This document shows, piece by piece, positions 55,434 to 64,000 of a DNA stretch of 64,000 nt; position 1 is the first letter of the stretch; each line of letters opens with the position of its first letter. The notes under the pieces were generated by a model. It ran no database searches, was not told where the DNA came from, and worked only from the letters and a program-made list of their open reading frames with translations. The position numbers were made by a program, and so were the translations under genes. The stretch covers positions 150,637 through 214,636 of the forward strand of contig JBBDQN010000031.1 in NCBI GenBank assembly GCA_040905905.1, in the 5' to 3' direction. This DNA is from Acidimicrobiia bacterium. Lineage in GTDB: Bacteria; Actinomycetota; Acidimicrobiia; Spongiisociales; ZC4RG35.

Positions 55434-57098
55434 ATGTCTACGCCCTCCACGCCGGCACGGCTCCTCGCTGACGAGTTCGTCACGTTTCGTTTGTCTACCG
55501 AACACGATTGGGCCCTATGGGCCGGCGACGTCACCCATCTGGAGGAGTGGCCAGATGTGTCCGAAGAAGGGACCAAAGCTCGTCTCGCCGGGCTTGAGGA
55601 TTTCGCTCGTCGGGCAGAACAGATCGAGGCCGGGTCAAGCGACGACCAAACCTTGTTGGAGACGATCGCTTTCACGGTTAAGTCCCAGTCGCTGCAGCTC
55701 ATTTGGCAACCGGAGCTCGAGTGGGTCAATCATGCCAACGGCATCTTCTCCCTCATCCTGACCTTTCTTCCCCGGTTCCCGCTCGTCTCGGTTGAGCATG
55801 GTGAGCGATATCTGGAGAAGGTTCGGCGGCTGCCGGACTTTCTCAATGCCTGGGCGAGCCGACTCGAGGCTGCTCCTTCCCAGGGCTTGGTCCCCATCGC
55901 ACACCTGGCGTCTTCACTGATCGCTCTGCTGGATCGACACCTGGCGGCGCCGCTATCGGCTGGCCCTTTGTCTTATCAGGCCCCACCCACCTCGCTCGAC
56001 GCCGCGGCGAGCGAGGCTTGGAACGGCAGGCTGGCGGAATTGCTCGACAGCGTCACTCCTTCCTTGCAAAACCTGCGGGGGGTGCTCGCCGCCAACACTC
56101 TGCCTCACGCCCGTCCCGACGACCTGGCGGGTTTGGTTCACCTGGGTGGTGGCCGGGAGCATTACGAGCGATTGGTCTGGGCCCACACCAGCCTCGACTT
56201 CACTGCCACCCAGGTCCATGAAATAGGCCGCCAGCAAGTCGATCGGCTCGAACTCGAATATCGCCAGATCGCCGGTCCGTTGTTGGGTACGAACGATGTC
56301 GACGATATCTACCGGCGGCTTCGCGAGGACGAATCGCTCCATTACCGCGATGCCGCCTCATTGGTCGCTGATGCCACCGCCGCCCTTGAGAAAGCAATCG
56401 CGTCGGCACGCGGGTGGTTTGGGGTCCTCCCGCAGGCTTCCTGTGTTGCCAACTCCATCGAACAAGGAGCCCTGGCTTTCTACTCCCGGCCTGCTCGCGA
56501 CGGCTCCAAACCCGGCCGGTTCTTCTTCAACACCTCTGATCCGACGATGTGGGGAACGTTTCAGGTGGAGGCGGTGACCTATCACGAGGGTGTTCCCGGT
56601 CATCATCTCCAGCTTGCCATCGCGCAGGAAAACCCGACCCTGCACCACCTCCTGGCCGACTACTACATCGCCGCTTACAACGAGGGCTGGGGTCTCTACA
56701 CCGAGCGACTGGCCGATGAGATGGGTCTCTACTCCTCGGACCTTGACCGGGTGGGGATGTTGTCAGCCGACTCGATGAGGGCTTGTCGTCTGGTGGTGGA
56801 CACCGGACTTCATGCTTTGGGTTGGACCCGCAGTCAGGCCATCGACTACATGCTCGATCACAGCCCGATGACACACACTCAGGTGGTCGGCGAGATCGAT
56901 CGGTACATCAGTAGCCCCGGGCAGGCCCTGGGCTACATGATGGGCCGACTTGAAATCGACCAGATCCGGTCGCAGGCGGAGACAACGCTCGGTCAGAACT
57001 TCGACGTCAAAGCGTTTCACGATGCAGTGCTGTCAACCGGATCCGTGCCGATTTCGACTCTTCGCCGGGTGGTCAGCGACTGGATGCGGTCTCTCTAG
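55434..57098 (+). CDS. DUF885 family protein (putative metallopeptidase-like)
   Basis: About 555 aa containing the DUF885 hallmark YHEGVPGHHLQ. The TTG at 55389 is an alternative start. Confidence 0.65.
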   Translation: MSTPSTPARLLADEFVTFRLSTEHDWALWAGDVTHLEEWPDVSEEGTKARLAGLEDFARRAEQIEAGSSDDQTLLETIAFTVKSQSLQLIWQPELEWVNHANGIFSLILTFLPRFPLVSVEHGERYLEKVRRLPDFLNAWASRLEAAPSQGLVPIAHLASSLIALLDRHLAAPLSAGPLSYQAPPTSLDAAASEAWNGRLAELLDSVTPSLQNLRGVLAANTLPHARPDDLAGLVHLGGGREHYERLVWAHTSLDFTATQVHEIGRQQVDRLELEYRQIAGPLLGTNDVDDIYRRLREDESLHYRDAASLVADATAALEKAIASARGWFGVLPQASCVANSIEQGALAFYSRPARDGSKPGRFFFNTSDPTMWGTFQVEAVTYHEGVPGHHLQLAIAQENPTLHHLLADYYIAAYNEGWGLYTERLADEMGLYSSDLDRVGMLSADSMRACRLVVDTGLHALGWTRSQAIDYMLDHSPMTHTQVVGEIDRYISSPGQALGYMMGRLEIDQIRSQAETTLGQNFDVKAFHDAVLSTGSVPISTLRRVVSDWMRSL

Positions 57099-57910
57099 AC
57101 GCAGAAGCCCTGGGGATCCACTCCCCGGGAGCAGAAATTGCGGGCTTCGACGGTGTCCAGGTAGAAACCTTTGCCTCCTGGCGCACCAAAGATGTGAATC
57201 CGGAAGCCCGAGACCGCATCGTCCTCGAGTCCCACGATGTCAAAGGTGACCTCGCCAAGGTCTCCCTCGGTCGGGACCACCGTCAGGGTGATCCTCGACG
57301 GCGGATCGGTCACCGCCAGCGCCCTGGCTATGAGGTCGCCGAGGTCGAGCATCGTCCCGGCCTCGGGGATGCCACCCATGGTTTGGATGACGGAGGCAGT
57401 TATATCGTCGATGGGACCGGGTTGTCCGACAAACGACGCGTTCACCCACCCGCTGACGCCATCCACTTCAATCTGATGCCAGAAAGACCCTGGCAGCCTG
57501 CGTGTATGGCCGAGCGCAATCAGGTCATCGGCGGTGGGCGCAAGCTCATGCACGATCGGCTGATTGGCTCCCGGGGCTCCACGGACATTGAGGGTGTCGT
57601 CATGGGCCACTCCCATCACGACCAGCCGGTCACCGGCTTCCGGACCGAGGTCGCTGGGCTCTCCGGGAAGCTCTCCGGTGGTGGTGGAGGTGGTCGGGGC
57701 GGCGGTGGTCGTGACCGAAACACCGGTGGTCGTGGTGGTTGCGTCGCCGTTGGTAGTGGTGGTGAGAGCAGCAGTGGTGGTGGGGGCGGTGGTGGTGGAG
57801 ATCGACGAAGTGGTAGCGGCGCCGTCAGCTCCGCAGGCAGCCACCATCATTCCGACGACCGTTAGGAACACGATGCGGTGGCTTGGCACCCGGGGGGTAA
57901 ATGTCGTCAT
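57095..57910 (-). CDS. Secreted lipoprotein with a Thr-rich linker, of unknown function
   Basis: Signal plus lipobox VFLTVVGMMVAACG, then a TTTAPTTTAALTTTT linker. It is convergent with DUF885 and overlaps it by 4 nt. Confidence 0.6.
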   Translation of the reverse strand: MTTFTPRVPSHRIVFLTVVGMMVAACGADGAATTSSISTTTAPTTTAALTTTTNGDATTTTTGVSVTTTAAPTTSTTTGELPGEPSDLGPEAGDRLVVMGVAHDDTLNVRGAPGANQPIVHELAPTADDLIALGHTRRLPGSFWHQIEVDGVSGWVNASFVGQPGPIDDITASVIQTMGGIPEAGTMLDLGDLIARALAVTDPPSRITLTVVPTEGDLGEVTFDIVGLEDDAVSGFRIHIFGAPGGKGFYLDTVEARNFCSRGVDPQGFCV

Positions 57911-57991
57911 GCCCGGTAAACGCCACATGGCTGTCCACGGTTCACGCTCTTCTTCCATTCTTGTGTTGGCACGTCATATACGTGCCAACCG

Positions 57992-59056
57992 TCACAAGAA
58001 TGGTGATTCCCCGGCGATCAGGTACATGGCATGGGACCAGAGCAGCGGTCGCGCGATCTCTCCCCATCTTTCTACCCATACCTGGTAGTAGGCGGGATCG
58101 TTGAGACTGGAAGGCACCTGTTCGGGGAGGCGGTATTCGTCGTCGGCTTGCTCCTCCACCCAGTGCAAGAGTTGCTCGGCCCTGGTGTCGTTTCCCTGAC
58201 GGCGGTGATGCCAAGCAAGCCAGGCCGTCAGGAGAACCCATTCGCCGCCGCCGTAGTAGGTGTCGGTTGAATAGCGGCGGACACCACCACCGTTCATCAG
58301 CTTGCGCTCGATGAGATCGATCGTCGCCTCCATCCTCGGGTCGAGTGCATCGATGGCGTCGTAGGGGGTTGTGAGTCCGACGAGGGAAGCGTCGACGTCT
58401 CGAGTCCCAAGCGACTTTATGAACGCACCGTCAACGAGCGCATCCTCGTAAAGACACCTGGCGATCCCCTCCAACTCATGTGTGTGTTCGATGCTTGCCA
58501 TCTCCTGGTGGGCTCGCATCCCAGCTGCGATGGCCGCCAGAGTGTGTGGATGAACGCGATCGGGGAATTCCTCCCAACAGTCGTAGCACGGCAGACGCCA
58601 TAAGGCAGCCAGGTACAACGCAGTGAGATCGGCGGCTGCGCGCAAAGGTCCTTTCACCTCGGTCCCGTTTCTCCGATGGTGATCTCCGAGGGCCCACAAC
58701 CAGGTCCCGAATCCGTCGAGTTGGAAATTGGGCCAGTCTCCGTCCTCGACCGGTTCACCCTCGAGTCCGTAACGGGTATGGAGGACGTCTCTTAGTTCGA
58801 GAGGGCGGCCGGCCCTGGCTTTGCCAACCGCCCTTTCTACGAGGTCGGCTCTTCTGATGATGGCCGCAGCCGCCCACTGATGGAACTGTCGGGCGCTGTC
58901 ATGTTCACCGACAAGGTCCATGGCATACGCGATGAATGAGCCGTCACGAAACCAGGAATACCTGTACGTTGGGAATTCGAGGCACGCTGGATAGGCGCCG
59001 GAAGGGGCTTGGGCCGTCAGGATGATCTCGATACTTCTTGCGCGGAGATCGGTCAT
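57992..59056 (-). CDS. Glycoside hydrolase family 15-related protein (glucoamylase/glucodextranase-like catalytic domain)
   Basis: 354 aa. The YSWFRDG motif and alpha/alpha-barrel-like composition support the call; it is short for a full GH15. Confidence 0.5.
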   Translation of the reverse strand: MTDLRARSIEIILTAQAPSGAYPACLEFPTYRYSWFRDGSFIAYAMDLVGEHDSARQFHQWAAAAIIRRADLVERAVGKARAGRPLELRDVLHTRYGLEGEPVEDGDWPNFQLDGFGTWLWALGDHHRRNGTEVKGPLRAAADLTALYLAALWRLPCYDCWEEFPDRVHPHTLAAIAAGMRAHQEMASIEHTHELEGIARCLYEDALVDGAFIKSLGTRDVDASLVGLTTPYDAIDALDPRMEATIDLIERKLMNGGGVRRYSTDTYYGGGEWVLLTAWLAWHHRRQGNDTRAEQLLHWVEEQADDEYRLPEQVPSSLNDPAYYQVWVERWGEIARPLLWSHAMYLIAGESPFL

Positions 59057-60621
59057 CGGGGTTGCTCCACTTCGAAAAGCAGGACACCCCAGTAGTTGAG
59101 TTCAGGAAGCCGCACAATCCCCCCTTCCTTGGTGGGTTTCCAGACCACCTCGCGCGCCCTTGGATCCGATCCGTCCGGGTTGACCCACAACACCGAATTC
59201 ACTCTGAGTTGGGTTGAGAAGCGGACCTCCAAGTCTTCTTGTGGAGGGGGAGCTCCGTGAGGTTCGTCCCACCGATCACCATGCCCAAGCCACTGGTTGA
59301 GAAGGCTGATACCTAACACACCCGGGCCGCGATGGACGACTGTCGACACCCTGGGTATCGGCTCCACGGCAAGCTGTTGACCATCAGTGGGTTCGTACGT
59401 GAACAACAGATCGCCATACCGGACGGCCGTGTCCCAGTAACGCCGGAGTCGCTGTTTGAGCTCGTCCGGAATCGCTTGACTTCGGGGAAAATACGGATCG
59501 GCTAGCAACCGCGCTTCTTCACCGAGAACAATTCGTGTACCGCCGTTGGCGAACACCACCGCGGTGGCCAGTAGTACGTTCGGGATCTGGTCGGAGGGGA
59601 TGTACATAGCAACAACCACCGGTTTGCCGTGTGAGTTGCGACGGGCTTCTCGCACCACCCGTGCCACGTCGACATAGGTTGGCTGATCGGGCCAAAGCTC
59701 GACGTAGAAGTAGTCCTGTCGGCTCCCAGCCAGGATCTTGGCGGGCCAGTTCTTCACTGCGTTCATGACGACCACCGCTCCCGGGCGGCGGTCCTTAAGA
59801 GCGGAAATGACGCCGGAGAACGCGCTAGCAAGGTCTACCTCCTCCCCGTCGGCGTCCCAAGCATGGCGGGGCTCTCCGTACTGATCGAGGTGAATGCCGT
59901 CAAATGCGAGTTCGTCCATTGCCAGTTCACACTGAGCGATCAGATGCTTACTCCAAGGCCGACCGAGCGTTGGGTCCATATAACCGAGAAACCCTTCGAA
60001 CGTCAGAGGCGAACCCTTGACGTCGTACAACGCCCAACCGAGGTGTGACCGCTGAAACTCAAGCGATGCCGAATAAATGGCCGCGTATGCCATGGCTCCG
60101 ATGCCTCTGAACCTTGCACCGTCAACAAACCGCCGAATCGTTTCTACCGACAAACTCCGGCCCAGAGGATCCACAAAGTCGGGCTGGGGAGCGACCAACT
60201 CGTCATGGCGGTATTGCCAGTCGTAGAACTGAAGGGCGTTGATGTGAAACGGCAGCAACGCATCAAACATGGCATCACCGCGCCGCCCAGCCGAGAAGTC
60301 GGCAACAAATCCATAACGAGGACGTTCGGTCCAGTGATGGAGCACGTCGAACGCGGTTGACCCCGCCTCCGTCGCAGAACCACCAGGGCTCCAATTGAGA
60401 TCAACTCCGTATCCTCGGGGAGCCGTCGGCGGAGGGGACCATTCGAAAAGGGCAGTCCCGCCTCGTCCCAGTTCACCTGTCAGAGTTGCCACTTCCGAGG
60501 TGAGACTGGATATAGAAGCAGTGACCCGTCCGCCAGAACGTCCGGGTATCTGAACCTGCAACCCTACGGTTTGTCCCGGCAGGTAGTAGCTCCGATCCGG
60601 CACGACGACCAGTCCACTCAT
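59053..60621 (-). CDS. Putative glycoside hydrolase (GH66-like, dextranase/CITase-related TIM-barrel)
   Basis: About 522 aa from the ATG at 60621 (RBS GAAAGG). The INALQFYDWQYRHD region is typical of GH66-like proteins; the family assignment is tentative. Confidence 0.4.
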   Translation of the reverse strand: MSGLVVVPDRSYYLPGQTVGLQVQIPGRSGGRVTASISSLTSEVATLTGELGRGGTALFEWSPPPTAPRGYGVDLNWSPGGSATEAGSTAFDVLHHWTERPRYGFVADFSAGRRGDAMFDALLPFHINALQFYDWQYRHDELVAPQPDFVDPLGRSLSVETIRRFVDGARFRGIGAMAYAAIYSASLEFQRSHLGWALYDVKGSPLTFEGFLGYMDPTLGRPWSKHLIAQCELAMDELAFDGIHLDQYGEPRHAWDADGEEVDLASAFSGVISALKDRRPGAVVVMNAVKNWPAKILAGSRQDYFYVELWPDQPTYVDVARVVREARRNSHGKPVVVAMYIPSDQIPNVLLATAVVFANGGTRIVLGEEARLLADPYFPRSQAIPDELKQRLRRYWDTAVRYGDLLFTYEPTDGQQLAVEPIPRVSTVVHRGPGVLGISLLNQWLGHGDRWDEPHGAPPPQEDLEVRFSTQLRVNSVLWVNPDGSDPRAREVVWKPTKEGGIVRLPELNYWGVLLFEVEQPR

Positions 60622-61463
60622 CCTTTCATCCCCGTAGTCGAGATGCCGCGAACGAAGTGGCGCTGGAAAACTGCGAACACGACGACAACCGGGACCAGGG
60701 CCACCACCGAGGCCGCAAAGACCTGGCCCCACTGAGTGAGGTGTTGGGATTGAAAGAGGGCAATGCCGATAGGCAGGGTCCGTTTGCTGGTCTCCCTGAT
60801 GGCAACGTGGGCCCAGGGAAACTCATCCCAGGCATAAAGGAATGTGAAGATAGCGACTACCGCCAAACCTGGTCGCGAGAGCGGCAAGATGATGCGCCAA
60901 AGGATCCGCCAGCGGCCGGCTCCATCGATCAGGGCAGCCTCCTCGAGATCGCGCGGAATCCCGTCAAAGAATCCCCGAAGCAAGAAAGTCTGCATCGATA
61001 CATTCATGGCGACATAAACCACAACCAAGCCGGCCAGAGAATCGAGCAGGTTGAGGTTCTTGGCGATCAGGAACTGGGGGATAATCAACATCACGGGTGG
61101 CACCATCATCCCGACGAGGAGTGTGTAGAAGACCGCCTCCTTGGCTGGGAACTCGAGACGTGCGAATGCGTATGCCAGCATCGACGACAGGAACAGCGTC
61201 AGCATGGTGGCCGACAGCGCCACAACCACCGAATTGAGGAAGTAGACACCGAACATGTCCGTTTCGAGAGCATCGCGGTAGTTGTCGAGGGTCACCTCGG
61301 CGGGGATCAGCCGCGGGGGAATGTCGAATATGTACGCCTGTGGCTTGAGTGAGGTGGCCAACATGAACCAGAACGGAACCACCACTAGGCCGGCCCCTGT
61401 TGTCAGCAATAGGTACGTGACAATGTTCGTCTTCCGGCGGTCGGTGCGGTTGGTGGCGATCAA
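60618..61463 (-). CDS. Carbohydrate ABC transporter permease (MalG/UgpE-like). The start is uncertain; a TTG at 61463 is suggested.
   Basis: TSLKPQAYIFDIPPRLIP....signature region, with a permease EAA-like loop DGAGRWRILWRIILPL. The first 128 codons of the six-frame ORF are rejected. Confidence 0.7.
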   Translation of the reverse strand: MIATNRTDRRKTNIVTYLLLTTGAGLVVVPFWFMLATSLKPQAYIFDIPPRLIPAEVTLDNYRDALETDMFGVYFLNSVVVALSATMLTLFLSSMLAYAFARLEFPAKEAVFYTLLVGMMVPPVMLIIPQFLIAKNLNLLDSLAGLVVVYVAMNVSMQTFLLRGFFDGIPRDLEEAALIDGAGRWRILWRIILPLSRPGLAVVAIFTFLYAWDEFPWAHVAIRETSKRTLPIGIALFQSQHLTQWGQVFAASVVALVPVVVVFAVFQRHFVRGISTTGMKG

Positions 61464-62425
61464 AACTCCACCCTTTTGCGCAGGAGGCGGATCTGGATGG
61501 CGCTGATCAGGAACACAAAGACGGCGAGCAGGTAACTGATGGAAGCCCCGTAGCCGAAGTCGAGTCGGGTGAATGTGGCCTCGTACATGAGGGTCAGCAC
61601 AAAGTGGGTTTGGTCGAGGGGGTTGCCGCCGTCGGTGATGAGCAGGTTCGAGATGTAGGCGTTGAGACCACCGATGACCAGTACGACCGTGAGAAAGACC
61701 AGCACGGGGCGAAGCAGCGGGAGGGTGATGTAGCGGAAGCGGGTATAAGGACCTGCACCGTCGACCGCTGAGGCGTCGAGCAACTCTTGTGGGATCGCCT
61801 GGAGCCCGGCCAATGCAATGATCGCAGTCCAACCCACCCCCTTCCATATGCCAAGCAGATGGATCGGGACGAAGGCGAGAATCGGGTCGGCCAGCCAGAG
61901 CACATTCTCGCCGATGACCCCGAGTACGTCACGGAGGAGCCAGTTCACCAGGCCACCCTGGCCGACAAACATGTACTCGAATAGCAGTGTGACGATGACC
62001 CAAGGGGTGATGACCGGCAGGTAGTAGAGGACCCGAAAGAAGGCACGGCCACGAATTGCCTGATTCAGGAGCAAGGCGACAATCACTCCGAAGAGGATCT
62101 GACCGGGGACGGTGACAACCGTGTACGCGATGGTGTTGACAACTGCCCGGCGAAACACCGGGTCCCCCAGCGCCCGGCTGTAGTTGTCCCAGCCCAGGGG
62201 CTCGGACAAAGCAGGATTGACAATGTTCCAGTCGTAGAAACTCAGTCGAGCCGAGTAGATCATCGGTCCCAACAAGAACGTGCCATACATGGCCATACCG
62301 GGAAAGAGAAACGCGGCCGCTATCCAAAACCTTCGAACCGGATGACCGGACTTGGCACCGGCGGGCTTAGGTGCGGTGCCCCGCTCATGGAGACCAAGAG
62401 CGGGGCCCGCAGGTGTTGTGGTCAC
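61460..62425 (-). CDS. Carbohydrate ABC transporter permease (MalF/UgpA-like)
   Basis: 321 aa with 6 transmembrane segments and the EAA loop region ASAVDGAGPYTRFRYITLPLLRP. Confidence 0.8.
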   Translation of the reverse strand: MTTTPAGPALGLHERGTAPKPAGAKSGHPVRRFWIAAAFLFPGMAMYGTFLLGPMIYSARLSFYDWNIVNPALSEPLGWDNYSRALGDPVFRRAVVNTIAYTVVTVPGQILFGVIVALLLNQAIRGRAFFRVLYYLPVITPWVIVTLLFEYMFVGQGGLVNWLLRDVLGVIGENVLWLADPILAFVPIHLLGIWKGVGWTAIIALAGLQAIPQELLDASAVDGAGPYTRFRYITLPLLRPVLVFLTVVLVIGGLNAYISNLLITDGGNPLDQTHFVLTLMYEATFTRLDFGYGASISYLLAVFVFLISAIQIRLLRKRVEF

Positions 62426-63723
62426 TGGCTCAACAGAGTGTTGATCTCCTCAGCGGCCTGGTCAAGCGCAGCCTGTGGTGTCTGCTCGTCACGTAGCACC
62501 CTTTGAAACGCGTTGTTGATGGCGTTGTCCATATCGGACCATTTCGGATGGGGAACCCGGGCCTGGGCTGTCTCCAACTGCTGCATGAATATGTCGAAGT
62601 AGTCAGGGAGAGCTGGGTCACCGGCAAGTGATGACAGAGTCGGGATCACCCCTACTTCGGCCATCATTCGCTGTCCCTCCTCTGACATCAGGTAAGCCAC
62701 CCACGCCAGTGAAGCCTCCTGTTGATCGGTGTCGGCGAAGACGACAACGTCTTCCCCCCCAACGACCGATGAGGTGGAGCCACCCGGACCCGATGGCACG
62801 AGGGAGAACGCCACATCGAAGTCCGGATAGGACCCGGCGTAAATGTCGACCATCCAGGGACCGTCGGTGATCATTGCGTAGAGACCTGTGGCATGACCAT
62901 CGGCTGTTCCGATGCCGCCTCCAAGAACGTTGGGCGACAGACAACCGTCGTCATACATGTCTGAGAAGAGTTGCATCGCGGCTAGCGAGGCTTCCCCGTT
63001 GACGTAGCCCGTGGCAGTGCTTATTCCCTCGTCGACAACCTGGCCACCCATCGAGTAGAAGACAGGAGCCGGGGCCCAGAAGTACGTGCCTCCAAGGGCA
63101 TAGCCATATTGCTCTTCACCTGTCGACAGCTGGCAGGCCACAGCCGCCAGGTCATCGAGGGTTTGAGGCGGACCTGTCAGACCTGCTGCGCCAAACACAT
63201 CCTGGTTCCAGAGCAGAACCTGGGTGTTGGTGTTCTGGGGGAGACCGTAGTAGTGGCCTCCCCAGCTGTTGGTTGCCAGAGGTCCTGGGAATACGCCTTC
63301 GGCGATATCCTCAAACCCGTTCATGGCCCCGTCGAGCTGCATCAGTGCTCCAAGCTCGGCAAATTCCGGGACCCAAATTATGTCGATGCGAGCAGTGTCA
63401 GGAGCCTCACCACCGGCAATCGAAGTCAACAAGGCCGGCTTGAAATCGTCGTAGGCATAACGTGTGGTCTCCACGGTAATGCCCGGGTTGGCGGCCTCAA
63501 ATGCGGCTACGACAGTTTCGAGTTGGGCGGTCTCTGGATCGCTCATCGTGTGCCAGTAACTGATCTCGACCGACTCGGGAGGGGCGGTGGTGGTCGGGGC
63601 GGCGGTGGTGATCGGGGCGGCGGTGGTGGACGGGACTGCCGTTGTAGTGGTGCTGCCCGTCCCACATGCCGCGATCAGGACGGCCAGCGCAGTCAGGGCC
63701 GCCGGCAGTCGGGATCTTTTCAT
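62422..63723 (-). CDS. Sugar ABC transporter substrate-binding lipoprotein (SBP family 1)
   Basis: The ATG at 63723 is preceded by the RBS GAGGAGG. It has the lipobox LIAACG and a Thr-rich linker. Confidence 0.8.
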   Translation of the reverse strand: MKRSRLPAALTALAVLIAACGTGSTTTTAVPSTTAAPITTAAPTTTAPPESVEISYWHTMSDPETAQLETVVAAFEAANPGITVETTRYAYDDFKPALLTSIAGGEAPDTARIDIIWVPEFAELGALMQLDGAMNGFEDIAEGVFPGPLATNSWGGHYYGLPQNTNTQVLLWNQDVFGAAGLTGPPQTLDDLAAVACQLSTGEEQYGYALGGTYFWAPAPVFYSMGGQVVDEGISTATGYVNGEASLAAMQLFSDMYDDGCLSPNVLGGGIGTADGHATGLYAMITDGPWMVDIYAGSYPDFDVAFSLVPSGPGGSTSSVVGGEDVVVFADTDQQEASLAWVAYLMSEEGQRMMAEVGVIPTLSSLAGDPALPDYFDIFMQQLETAQARVPHPKWSDMDNAINNAFQRVLRDEQTPQAALDQAAEEINTLLSQ

Positions 63724-63761
63724 TGTCGTTCCTCCTCGGTTGTGGTTCTGTCCTACGGAAA

Positions 63762-64000
63762 TCAAGAAACGGCCTCTTTCGACCAGAGCAGATCGGCCTG
63801 AACATTGGTGGGAAGCTCAAACAACTCGCCCAGGACGAGGCTGGCTGCCCCCCGAGCCCAAGCAGCATCGGGGAGGGGCTCGACCACCAGCTGAAAGGTT
63901 CCTCTGAGCCCATCGAAGACCCGAGCCTCGAGCTCCTCCCGTAAGGGGTCGAGCAATACATCACCAGCCCTGATGCCTTCGCCTGAAAGGATCAACAGGG
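63762..64000 (-). CDS. Partial CDS (C-terminal 77 codons; the 5' end lies beyond the window), unknown function
   Basis: The open frame on the minus strand runs off the window end; no family was assigned. Confidence 0.3.
   Translation of the reverse strand, partial: LLILSGEGIRAGDVLLDPLREELEARVFDGLRGTFQLVVEPLPDAAWARGAASLVLGELFELPTNVQADLLWSKEAVS

Noticed and set aside
54380-55729. The upstream 132 codons of the long ORF preceding the 5'-nucleotidase domain
   Set aside because: The region is Ser/Arg-rich and low-complexity with no domain. The ATG at 55333 begins the conserved region.
57660-57790. Repetitive GGTGGTCGGGGCGGCGGTGGT-type DNA, which also appears at 63580-63650
   Set aside because: These encode Thr-rich (TTTAAPTTT) lipoprotein linkers on the minus strand. 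They are low-complexity coding sequence, not a CRISPR array or a mobile repeat.
1-64000. tRNA, rRNA, tmRNA, RNase P, CRISPR, transposase and integrase
   Set aside because: Scanning intergenic regions found no cloverleaf-compatible TpsiC or anticodon arms and no conserved structural RNA motifs. There are no regularly spaced short repeats and no recombinase-like ORFs.

Overview
This window is a high-GC (about 68-70%) actinobacterial chromosomal segment, densely packed with roughly 70 genes of catabolism, transport and regulation. I found no rRNA, tRNA, CRISPR array, transposase or integrase. Reading left to right, the main blocks are as follows. (1) Positions 2-6197 hold a Dpp/Opp-type peptide ABC transporter whose substrate-binding lipoprotein has a Thr-rich linker. 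(2) Positions 6194-15212 hold a catabolic island regulated by a LacI-family protein: acyl-CoA ligase, RidA, a Gfo/Idh/MocA oxidoreductase, an MFS transporter, an alpha/beta hydrolase, an amidohydrolase-2 and a CocE/NonD hydrolase. (3) Positions 15423-17559 hold an orphan membrane GAF histidine kinase, with an adjacent DUF1876 (Rv1738-like) gene interrupted by an in-frame TAG. (4) Positions 17573-28249 hold a HAD hydrolase, two class-III nucleotidyl cyclases (one fused LipJ-style to an alpha/beta hydrolase), OsmC, an FMO-like flavoprotein, a LigD with phosphoesterase plus ligase domains, and a proline iminopeptidase. (5) Positions 28269-37288 hold a candidate aromatic-acid decarboxylation and hydroxylation cluster that shares a conserved operator motif with its GntR regulator: divergent UbiX, then a DUF protein, an HpaB-family monooxygenase, a flavin reductase, a cupin, UbiD, an MFS transporter, the GntR/FadR regulator, a LigW-like amidohydrolase-2 and a GlcG heme-binding protein. 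(6) Positions 37355-46637 hold a second Dpp-like transporter followed by RidA, gamma-glutamyltransferase, an M24 peptidase and a nitroreductase. (7) Positions 46837-48524 hold a low-GC DUF1697-crcB-crcB-DUF190 fluoride-export cassette bracketed by a 37-bp direct repeat. (8) Positions 48563-57910 hold a putative PPi-dependent phosphofructokinase, nitroreductases, an F420/Ddn-like protein, PadR, a PF06189-type 5'-nucleotidase and a DUF885 protein. (9) Positions 57992-64000 hold a GH15-like plus GH66-like sugar ABC transporter locus, consistent with alpha-glucan or dextran use. Many long antisense ORFs in the six-frame track are GC-bias artefacts and were not called.
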